Positions 21,403 through 29,354 of a stretch of DNA of 64,000 nucleotides are shown here, piece by piece. How positions within the stretch are numbered: the stretch's first letter is position 1; the number at the start of each line of letters is the position of its first letter. Origin of the DNA: Bacteroidales bacterium UBA1410. GTDB taxonomy: Bacteria > Bacteroidota > Bacteroidia > Bacteroidales > Dysgonomonadaceae. The position numbers and the translations under genes are program-made. Under the pieces are notes generated by a model. The model was not told where the DNA came from. It saw only the letters and a program-made list of their open reading frames with translations, and made no database searches. Where the stretch lies: NCBI GenBank assembly GCA_002305015.1, contig DBPW01000014.1, forward strand, positions 6,633 to 70,632, written 5' to 3'.

Positions 21403-22149
21403 TCATGTATTCATGCCACCACAAACATTGATCACCTGCCCACTTACATAGGAAGACAGTTCCGAAGCAAGGAAAAGAGCAACATTGGCGACATCATCGG
21501 GTGTACCGCCTCGTCGCAAGGGAATTCGCTCTGCCCATTGTTTGCGTACTTCTTCCGAAAGGGCTCCCGTCATATCGGTGATAATAAATCCCGGAGCGAT
21601 AGCATTAACCCGAATGTTTCGTGAACCGATTTCTTTAGCCATCGATTTGGTCAGGCCTATCAGCCCGGCTTTAGAAGCTGAATAGTTGGACTGACCGGCA
21701 TTACCCGACACACCTACAACGGAACTCATATTGATAATACTACCCGATTTCTGACGCATCATTTGAGGTGTAACGGCATGAATAAAGTTGAATGCCGACT
21801 TCAGATTTACCTTAATCACGATATCCCATTGTTGTTCTGTCATACGAACCATCAATCCATCGCGCGTAATCCCGGCATTATTCACCAAAATATCTATTCG
21901 CCCGAAATCCTTGATGATTTCATCCACTACTTTATGCGCCTCCTCAAAATTGGATGCGTCCGACGCATATCCTTTTACTTTCGTACCTAAAGCAGCAATT
22001 TCGTTTTCGGTTGCTTTAGCATTCTCATCGATGATCAAATCCGTAAACGCAATATTTGCTCCTTCAGAAGCATACTTAAGCGCAATAGCCTTACCTATTC
22101 CTCGTGCTGCGCCGGTAATTAAAGCTGTTTTACCTTCTAATAATTTCAT
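21403..22149 (-). CDS. fabG: 3-oxoacyl-ACP reductase
   Basis: TGAARGIG, NNAGITRD, YSASK, APGFI.TDMT. Confidence 0.95.
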   Translation of the reverse strand: MKLLEGKTALITGAARGIGKAIALKYASEGANIAFTDLIIDENAKATENEIAALGTKVKGYASDASNFEEAHKVVDEIIKDFGRIDILVNNAGITRDGLMVRMTEQQWDIVIKVNLKSAFNFIHAVTPQMMRQKSGSIINMSSVVGVSGNAGQSNYSASKAGLIGLTKSMAKEIGSRNIRVNAIAPGFIITDMTGALSEEVRKQWAERIPLRRGGTPDDVANVALFLASELSSYVSGQVINVCGGMNT

Positions 22150-22181
22150 TTTTTATTGGTTTAAATTGAACGCCTTTATTT

Positions 22182-22760
22182 TTACTTATTATATAAGCCC
22201 TTAAATATCAGATTAATAATCGTATTTCTATCCGATTTATTATTAATATTTAGGCCTAATACCCCCCGAATTACGGGCACTTCGAGCCCTTTTAATGCAT
22301 AATGGAGAATTTGTGCTGTTTTGGGGATATCTGAAATTTCGAAAATTTTTGTTCGGACCCCTTCTTCCAAAATATGTTGTAAATAAGCTATTTCTTTACG
22401 GTCAAACTCCTTTCGCACATACTCCACACGCCAAATATCTCTAAAAAAATCTGCGCGTAAAGTACCATTACGTCTCACCACCTCTTTAATGGCTTCCAAA
22501 CGGGTGAAAAAGAAAAGCATGAGTTTATCGTCAGCCTTCAAATTTCTTCTAATCACATCCTCCAATTGAAGATAAATACTTTCAAGTTCCGATTGAATTA
22601 CCGCATTATAAATATCCTGCTTACTCTTAAAATAGGTATATAATGTTCTACGACCCTTATTTGAAGCTTCGGCTATATCGTTCATCGTCGTATTTTCAAT
22701 CCCCTTTTGGGCAAAAAGCCGACGTGCCACCTCAATCAATGTTTGCCTTGTTTTCGACAT
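22182..22760 (-). CDS. TetR/AcrR-family transcriptional regulator
   Basis: ARRLFAQKG...TTMNDIA...RTLYTYFKSK HTH; start at 22760 or 22769. Confidence 0.92.
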   Translation of the reverse strand: MSKTRQTLIEVARRLFAQKGIENTTMNDIAEASNKGRRTLYTYFKSKQDIYNAVIQSELESIYLQLEDVIRRNLKADDKLMLFFFTRLEAIKEVVRRNGTLRADFFRDIWRVEYVRKEFDRKEIAYLQHILEEGVRTKIFEISDIPKTAQILHYALKGLEVPVIRGVLGLNINNKSDRNTIINLIFKGLYNK

Positions 22761-22775
22761 TGCTATCATTTCAAA

Positions 22776-22806
22776 TGCACACATTCGAAATATGTGAGCA
22801 AAAGTA
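22776..22806 (-). promoter_or_regulatory. tetR promoter -7 element with overlapping palindromic operator
   Basis: TACTTTTG (22799-22806) overlaps TGCnCACAT-N7-ATGTGnGCA (22776-22800). Confidence 0.6.
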
Positions 22807-22893
22807 AGATAAAGTTTCAAAAATTAAAAGCAATTCCCTGCAAAAAACAACTACAATGGAAACGTCAACCGGTGACCTTCGATTTAGCTTGTT

Positions 22894-22935
22894 CTTCGCT
22901 CTTCCTTCGCTCCTCCTTCGCTCTTCCTTCGCTTC
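22894..22935. repeat. 11-bp tandem repeat CTTCGCTC(T/C)TC, about 3.7 units
   Basis: Units start at 22894, 22905, 22916 and 22927. Confidence 0.9.
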
Positions 22936-23027
22936 AAGGCAGGGACAACGACATCATATTCCGCGAAACCGGTGTAAAATAAACCTACGCCTTTGCCGCC
23001 TGTAGTGCGGGGTACAAAGGTGGGACC

Positions 23028-23115
23028 AATGCAAAATTAATGCAAAAATGATGGGAGGGTGATGCAAGCTTGATGCAAGGATGGTGCAGCCTTGGTACGG
23101 ACTTGGTGCAGAGAA
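23028..23115. repeat. Degenerate 11-bp phased repeat, 8 units, core RRTGCA
   Basis: AATGCAAAATT AATGCAAAAAT GATGGGAGGGT GATGCAAGCTT GATGCAAGGAT GGTGCAGCCTT GGTACGGACTT GGTGCAGAGAA. Confidence 0.85.
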
Positions 23116-23270
23116 GGGGTGTCTTGTCCTGAAATACGCTTACCGTAAATGTAAACGAAAATCAGGACGAAATAACCTCGCCATTTTTTCTTTTCGTTTG
23201 TTTTTTTAGGAATTATACTTTAATTTTGCATCACATAATCGCAAAAGCAGGACAAATAGTTAGAAATTTT

Positions 23271-24626
23271 ATGAAGAGAACAAAAAAATTCATGTTGCCG
23301 GAAACAGCAATACCTACACAATGGTATAATATTGTTGCTGAAATGCAAAACAAACCTTTGCCGATGATAAATCCGCAAACCAATGAACCGCTCAAAGCCG
23401 AAGATCTCTTTCCGCTATTTGCAGAAGAATTGGCAAGGCAAGAACTGAATGACAACGATGTATGGATCGATATTCCCGACGAAGTTCGCGAAAAATATAA
23501 AATCTACCGACCCACGCCACTCGTAAGGGCATATGAACTGGAAAAAGCCCTTGATACACCGGCTCATATTTATTTCAAAAACGAAAGTGTAAGTCCTGTC
23601 GGCTCTCATAAACTCAATTCGGCGCTAGCACAAGCCTATTACAACAAAAAAGAAGGGGTAACCAATTTAACTACAGAAACCGGTGCCGGTCAATGGGGAA
23701 CAGCACTGGCTTTTGCATCAAAAACTTTTGGCCTTGAACTTGCCGTTTACATGGTGAAGATCAGTTACGAACAAAAACCTTACCGCCGTTCTCTCATGCA
23801 AACATGGGGAGCTCAAGTCATCGCTTCGCCCAGCATGTCCACAAAAGCCGGAAGAAAAATCATAACTGAAAATCCCAATTATCAAGGAAGTTTAGGTACA
23901 GCCATTTCCGAAGCGATAGAACTCGCCATGCAAACGCCCAACTGTAAATATGCATTGGGAAGCGTGTTGAATCATGTAGCTTTACATCAGACCGTAATCG
24001 GCCTTGAAGCCGAAAAACAAATGGAAATGGCAGATGAATATCCCGATATTGTAATCGGCTGTTTTGGCGGAGGATCAAATTTTTCCGGAATATCGTTTCC
24101 TTTCCTACGCCACAATCTGAAAGGCGAAACCCACACCCGTTTTATCGCAGCCGAACCATCCTCTTGCCCAAAACTCACCCGAGGCCGTTTTCAATATGAC
24201 TATGGCGATGAGATCGGATATACCCCACTAATTCCCATGTATACACTGCATCATAATTTTGCTCCTGCCAATATTCATGCCGGTGGGCTGCGTTATCATG
24301 GTGCAGGAAGCATCGTAAGTCAACTGCACAAAGATAATCTGGTGGAAGCCGTCGATGTAAATCAACTCGATACCTTCAAAGCCGGAATTCTGTTTGCCCG
24401 CACAGAAGGCATCATTCCTGCACCGGAATCGAATCACGCCATTGCAGTAGCCATTGATGAAGCACTGAAAGCCAAGGAAGAAGGAGTAAAAAAGACTATC
24501 CTTTTCAATTTATCGGGTCACGGTTTACTCGATATGAGTGCTTATGATCAATATCTTGCAGGAGATCTCAGTAATCATGAATTGAAGGATGAAGAACTTA
24601 ATAAATATTTCGAAAGTAAATCTTAA
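23271..24626 (+). CDS. trpB2: Stand-alone TrpB2-type tryptophan synthase beta-like PLP enzyme
   Basis: IPTQWYNI, RPTPL, GSHKLN, TETGAGQWG, GSVLNHV, HAGGLRYHG, NLSGHG; ATG at 23271 follows TAATTTTG at 23221. Confidence 0.93.
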   Translation: MKRTKKFMLPETAIPTQWYNIVAEMQNKPLPMINPQTNEPLKAEDLFPLFAEELARQELNDNDVWIDIPDEVREKYKIYRPTPLVRAYELEKALDTPAHIYFKNESVSPVGSHKLNSALAQAYYNKKEGVTNLTTETGAGQWGTALAFASKTFGLELAVYMVKISYEQKPYRRSLMQTWGAQVIASPSMSTKAGRKIITENPNYQGSLGTAISEAIELAMQTPNCKYALGSVLNHVALHQTVIGLEAEKQMEMADEYPDIVIGCFGGGSNFSGISFPFLRHNLKGETHTRFIAAEPSSCPKLTRGRFQYDYGDEIGYTPLIPMYTLHHNFAPANIHAGGLRYHGAGSIVSQLHKDNLVEAVDVNQLDTFKAGILFARTEGIIPAPESNHAIAVAIDEALKAKEEGVKKTILFNLSGHGLLDMSAYDQYLAGDLSNHELKDEELNKYFESKS

Positions 24627-24692
24627 TAAGTTTAAAATAAGATGTTTTTAAACATAAATCGGACATATTTCCCTAAAAAAGTTAGAAATTTA

Positions 24693-24724
24693 TTTGGTAA
24701 TTAAAAGCAGATTTACTATCTTTG
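24693..24724 (+). promoter_or_regulatory. Bacteroidetes sigma-A promoter (-33 TTTG, -7 TATCTTTG)
   Basis: TTTG at 24693-24696, 20-nt spacer, TATCTTTG at 24717-24724. Confidence 0.8.
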
Positions 24725-24730
24725 AAATGC

Positions 24731-24973
24731 AAAACAAGAGAGTTATTGCCGCATTGGTCGATTGGGAAACTCATCAATAACATTTTAGAAACCGAGATCG
24801 TTTTTGTTGTCAATGGCGGGCCGCATCCTTCGGGACAAGCCTTCGGGCTCGGCGGATTACAAAGACAACAAGACCCTCAAATCCTGTCATAAGGAGTTTC
24901 GTCTTAATTCCACCGATGCGGCTTCTTATAAAAAGCAGATCGGCAAAAGTTCATCTTTTTGCGATCTGCTTTT
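24731..24973 (+). ncRNA. Structured ncRNA, probable 6S RNA (Bacteroidales-1-like)
   Basis: Rod of about 175 nt: GCCGCATTGGT/ACCGATGCGGC, GAAACTC/GAGTTTC, central bubble, TTGTTGTC/GACAACAA, two apical UUCG hairpins; has its own promoter and terminator. Confidence 0.75.
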
Positions 24974-24979
24974 CTTTTT
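24931..24979 (+). terminator. Intrinsic terminator of the ncRNA
   Basis: AAAAGCAGATCG...CGATCTGCTTTT followed by CTTTTT. Confidence 0.8.
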
Positions 24980-24999
24980 ATTATAAAACTTATACTAAA

Positions 25000-25548
25000 A
25001 TGAAACGGTATCTGGAACTGTTTCTCGTTTTTTTTAAAATCGGAGCATTCACTTTCGGGGGTGGTTATGCAATGATACCCCTTATCCGTAACGAAGTAGT
25101 AAAAAAGAGAAATTGGCTGGAAGACGATGAATTTATGGATATGCTGGCCATAGCCCAATCCATGCCGGGACCCATGGCATTAAACACCGCTTTATTTGTA
25201 GGCAACAAACGCTTTGGATTCAAGGGAAGTTTGTTTTCCGCTTTAGGCATCATTCTTCCCTCGTTTATCATCATTCTTTTCATTGCCATAATTTTCACGC
25301 AATTCAAAAATAATCCGATTGTCGAACGTATCTTCAAAGGTATCCGTCCGGCTGTAGTAGCCTTGATTGCTGCTCCATTAACAGGATTAAGCAAATCAGC
25401 CGGAATCTCCCGAAAAAATGCATGGATACCTCTTGTTGTGGTCCTAGCCGTATGGCTGTTGAAAATATCACCGGCATACATCATTGCCGCCGCCATACTT
25501 TCAGGTGTTTTCTATCCGATTTACCTCAAAAAAAGAATAAAGCGATAA
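25000..25548 (+). CDS. Short-chain chromate transporter (CHR), first half
   Basis: FFKIGAFTFGGGYAM, AQSMPGP, GIRPAVVALI; ATG at 25000. Confidence 0.92.
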   Translation: MKRYLELFLVFFKIGAFTFGGGYAMIPLIRNEVVKKRNWLEDDEFMDMLAIAQSMPGPMALNTALFVGNKRFGFKGSLFSALGIILPSFIIILFIAIIFTQFKNNPIVERIFKGIRPAVVALIAAPLTGLSKSAGISRKNAWIPLVVVLAVWLLKISPAYIIAAAILSGVFYPIYLKKRIKR

Positions 25549-25550
25549 CC

Positions 25551-26111
25551 ATGAAACTAATCGAACTATACGTTGCATTGTTTCTATCCTTTCTCAAAAT
25601 CGGATTATTTGGTTTTGGAGGCGGATACGCCATGCTTCCCCTTATCCGGCACGAAGTTGTAGATGCTCACCCTTGGATTTCGATCTACGATTTTACCGAT
25701 ATCGTAGCCATATCTCAAACCACTCCGGGACCCATAGCATTCAATTCTGCCACCTACGTGGGATATGCTGCCGTTTCGAACATGGGTTTTTCGACTTTTC
25801 AAGGCATATTGGGCTCCGCCATTTGCACACTGGCAGTAAGCCTTCCTTCATTTGTCATTATGACTCTCATCTGTGCCTTTTTCTTTAAAGTAAAAAACAA
25901 TCCGCTGGTGCGTTCCACCCTTTCGGTACTCAAACCTACCATCATCGGTTTAATTGCTTCTGCTGCACTCATGCTGATTAACAAAGCCAATTTCATCGAT
26001 TATAAAAGTTGGATTATTTTCGGAAGTGTATTCCTTGCATCGATAAAAAGGGTAGATCCTATTTTGTTGATTGCTCTTTCGGGGGTGACAGGTATGCTCC
26101 TGTATCACTAG
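25551..26111 (+). CDS. Short-chain chromate transporter (CHR), second half
   Basis: FLKIGLFGFGGGYAM, SQTTPGP; ATG at 25551. Confidence 0.92.
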   Translation: MKLIELYVALFLSFLKIGLFGFGGGYAMLPLIRHEVVDAHPWISIYDFTDIVAISQTTPGPIAFNSATYVGYAAVSNMGFSTFQGILGSAICTLAVSLPSFVIMTLICAFFFKVKNNPLVRSTLSVLKPTIIGLIASAALMLINKANFIDYKSWIIFGSVFLASIKRVDPILLIALSGVTGMLLYH

Positions 26112-26303
26112 CAGCTATTTTTACCCGAATAGATCATTTGATGTTAAGAATATGTATTTTTCCATAAAACGACAGTTTCTCAAAAAAATGAAGGCCTGAA
26201 TCCATAAAATAATTATGAATTAAAATGGAAAAATGGTACTTTTGTGACAATTTTTAAATGAAATTACAGATATTATTTTACTCTATTACATAAAATCCGA
26301 TTT

Positions 26304-28586
26304 ATGACTAAAATAAGCAAAGAGGATGCTCTTCTTTATCATTCAGAAGGGAAACCGGGAAAAATTGAAGTTGTTCCTACCAAACCTTATAGTTCGCAAC
26401 GCGATCTATCGTTGGCATATTCGCCGGGAGTTGCCGAACCCTGTTTAGAAATTAAAAAGAATGATGATGCCGTTTACAACTATACCAATAAAGGGAATTT
26501 GGTAGCCGTTATTTCAAACGGGACAGCAGTTTTAGGCTTGGGCGACATAGGACCCTTGGCAGGGAAACCCGTAATGGAAGGAAAAGCGTTGCTATTTAAA
26601 ATTTTTGCAGGGATTGATGTTTTCGATATTGAAATCAATGAAAAAGATCCAAAAAAATTCATCGACACCGTAAAAGCCATTTCTCCCACCTTTGGAGGGA
26701 TTAATTTAGAAGATATTAAAGCTCCTGAATGTTTTGAGATTGAAGAAAGATTGAAAAACGAATTGGATATTCCTGTCATGCATGACGACCAGCACGGCAC
26801 AGCCATTATTTCTGCAGCAGGATTATTAAATGCACTGGAAATTGTCGGGAAAAAGATAGAAAATGTAAAAATTGTTGTCAATGGTGCAGGTGCAGCAGCC
26901 ATTTCCTGCACAAAATTATATATACGTTTAGGAGCAAAACCCGAAAATATAATTATGCTCGATTCGAAAGGAGTTATCAATACCCGGCGTACCGACCTAA
27001 ACAAAATTAAAAAACCTTTTGCCACCAACACTCATATCGAAACATTAGAAGAAGCCATCAGAGGAGCTGATGTATTTTTGGGATTATCCGTAAGTGGAAT
27101 ACTAACCCCGGAAATGGTTTTATCGATGAATGAAAATCCTATTATTTTTGCCTTGGCCAATCCCGATCCCGAAATCTCGTATGAAGATGCCATGAATACC
27201 CGAGAAGATATTATTTTTGCGACAGGACGCTCCGATTATCCCAATCAAATCAATAATGTATTGGGATTTCCCTATATTTTCAGAGGAGCATTGGATGTTC
27301 GGGCAACATGCATCAACGAAGAAATGAAAATGGCTGCCGTTTATGCATTGGCCGAATTGGCAAAAAAGCCGGTTCCCGATGTAGTCAATGCTGCCTATAA
27401 TTTAAAACGTTTACGTTTTGGCAAAGACTACATCATTCCCAAGCCTCTAGACCCCCGTTTATTAACGGTTGTTGCACCTGCGGTTGCCCGTGCTGCCATG
27501 GAATCGGGAGTAGCCCGTCAGAAAATTACCGACTGGGAAGCCTACACCATTAAACTGCGTGAAATGATGGGAGGTTACGGAGATAAAATATTGCGTCGTT
27601 TTTATGATACAGCCCGTCAAAATCCAAAGAAAGTCGTATTTTCAGAAGCCAACCATATTAATATGCTGAAGGCAGCAGAAATGGCATACAACGAGGGCAT
27701 CTGTTACCCGATCTTATTGGGTAACGAAGAAAAAATCGGCAAAATCGCCCAAGAATATAATATCGATTTAAGTGGGATGAAAATTATCAATCTACGCCAT
27801 GACAGGGAAGAACAACGAAGAATTTCCTATGCTAAACGTCTTTCCGACAAACTTCAGCGAAACGGGATGACTTTTGACGAAGCCTATGAAAAAATGCACG
27901 AGCGCAACTATTTCGGGATGATGATGGTGGAAACCGGCGAAGCCGACGCCTTAATTACCGGTGTTTATACCAAATATGCCGATTCCATTCAGGCAGCACA
28001 AGATGTGATTGGCATTCGCGAAGGTTCAAAACACATTGCAGCTCTTCACATCATGAACACGAGAAAAGGTATTTTCTTTTTGGCCGACACGCTTTTCAAT
28101 CGGCATCCTTCTACAGAAACCCTGCTCGATATTGCCAAATTAACCTATAAAACGGTAAAACTTTTTGCCCATGAACCTGTAATGGCCATGTTATCTTATT
28201 CCAATTTCGGATCAGATAAACAAGGTAGTCCCGCAAGCGTACACGAAGTGGTTGCTACCCTACACAAAGAATATCCCGAAATGATTGTTGACGGCGAAAT
28301 GCAGGTTAATTTTGCATTAAACAAAGAGTTACGCGATAAGAAATATCCCTTTTCGAAACTAGCCGGGAAAGATGTCAATACGTTGATATTTCCAAACTTA
28401 AGTTCTGCAAACAGTGCATACAAATTGTTGCTCGAAATGGGGTTGGCAGAATCGATAGGACCTATCCAAATGGGCTTGAATAAACCGGTGCATATATTGG
28501 ATGTAGAAAGTTCGGTACGCGATATCGTAAACATGACGACCATTGCAGTGATCGATGCCATATTGGAAGAGCAAAAACAGGGATAA
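26304..28586 (+). CDS. maeB: NADP-dependent malic enzyme with PTA-like C-domain
   Basis: [37 protein letters not shown] and a C-terminal phosphotransacetylase-like domain; TACTTTTG promoter at 26237. Confidence 0.96.
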   Translation: MTKISKEDALLYHSEGKPGKIEVVPTKPYSSQRDLSLAYSPGVAEPCLEIKKNDDAVYNYTNKGNLVAVISNGTAVLGLGDIGPLAGKPVMEGKALLFKIFAGIDVFDIEINEKDPKKFIDTVKAISPTFGGINLEDIKAPECFEIEERLKNELDIPVMHDDQHGTAIISAAGLLNALEIVGKKIENVKIVVNGAGAAAISCTKLYIRLGAKPENIIMLDSKGVINTRRTDLNKIKKPFATNTHIETLEEAIRGADVFLGLSVSGILTPEMVLSMNENPIIFALANPDPEISYEDAMNTREDIIFATGRSDYPNQINNVLGFPYIFRGALDVRATCINEEMKMAAVYALAELAKKPVPDVVNAAYNLKRLRFGKDYIIPKPLDPRLLTVVAPAVARAAMESGVARQKITDWEAYTIKLREMMGGYGDKILRRFYDTARQNPKKVVFSEANHINMLKAAEMAYNEGICYPILLGNEEKIGKIAQEYNIDLSGMKIINLRHDREEQRRISYAKRLSDKLQRNGMTFDEAYEKMHERNYFGMMMVETGEADALITGVYTKYADSIQAAQDVIGIREGSKHIAALHIMNTRKGIFFLADTLFNRHPSTETLLDIAKLTYKTVKLFAHEPVMAMLSYSNFGSDKQGSPASVHEVVATLHKEYPEMIVDGEMQVNFALNKELRDKKYPFSKLAGKDVNTLIFPNLSSANSAYKLLLEMGLAESIGPIQMGLNKPVHILDVESSVRDIVNMTTIAVIDAILEEQKQG

Positions 28587-28599
28587 ATTTTTACCCGAT

Positions 28600-29307
28600 A
28601 TGAAAAAAACAGCCATCTTCATACTTATTCTGGTGCATGTCGGATTTTTTTCTTCCCTTTCCGGACAAGACAAATTCGAAAAAAATAGAAAAGAGATGAT
28701 AAAAAAACAAATTCAAGCTCGCGGCATCACCGACAAAAACACATTAAAGGCCATGGAAGCGGTTCCTCGACATCTATTTGTTCCTGAGGAATATCAAGAA
28801 AGGGCTTATGACGACGGTCCCCTTCCCATCGGTTATGGACAAACCATATCACAACCCTATATTGTAGCCTATATGACCGAATTGCTCCATGTTGGGCCCG
28901 ACGATGTAGTACTGGAAATAGGAACGGGTTCGGGTTACCAGGCAGCCGTTTTATCCCGAATCGTAAAAAAAGTGTATACCGTTGAAATTATCGAAGAACT
29001 GGGTCTTGCAGCAAAAGAACGATTAGCCGCTCTAAATTACGACAATGTTGAAGTAAAGATAGGCGACGGCTACTACGGTTGGGAAGAACACGCACCTTAT
29101 GATGGCATCATCGTTACCGCGGCATCAGAATATATTCCTCCGCCATTAATCCGACAACTGAAAGACAAAGGCCGTATGATTATTCCTGTGGGCTCACCCT
29201 TTAGCGTTCAAAACCTGATGCTTGTAGAAAAAACGGGAGACAAAATCAGGACAAAAAGTCTGATTCCCGTAAGGTTTGTTCCTTTAACCCGAAACATCAA
29301 ACCATAA
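28600..29307 (+). CDS. pcm: Protein-L-isoaspartate O-methyltransferase with N-terminal signal-like peptide
   Basis: VPRHLF, QTISQP, VLEIGTGSGYQAA, APYDGIIVTAA, VRFVPL; ATG at 28600 gives MKKTAIFILILVHVGFFSSLSG. Confidence 0.93.
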   Translation: MKKTAIFILILVHVGFFSSLSGQDKFEKNRKEMIKKQIQARGITDKNTLKAMEAVPRHLFVPEEYQERAYDDGPLPIGYGQTISQPYIVAYMTELLHVGPDDVVLEIGTGSGYQAAVLSRIVKKVYTVEIIEELGLAAKERLAALNYDNVEVKIGDGYYGWEEHAPYDGIIVTAASEYIPPPLIRQLKDKGRMIIPVGSPFSVQNLMLVEKTGDKIRTKSLIPVRFVPLTRNIKP

Positions 29308-29354
29308 CAACCGTTTCCGATCGAGATACACCACGAAAAACAGGCAAATAAGCG

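Noticed and set aside
22894-23115. Repeats considered as a CRISPR array
   Set aside because: 11-bp contiguous units with no spacers and no cas genes
24804-24986. 60-aa ORF and the N-terminal extension of the first chr ORF (24916)
   Set aside because: They overlap the structured RNA and its terminator; the ATG at 25000 gives the family-typical start
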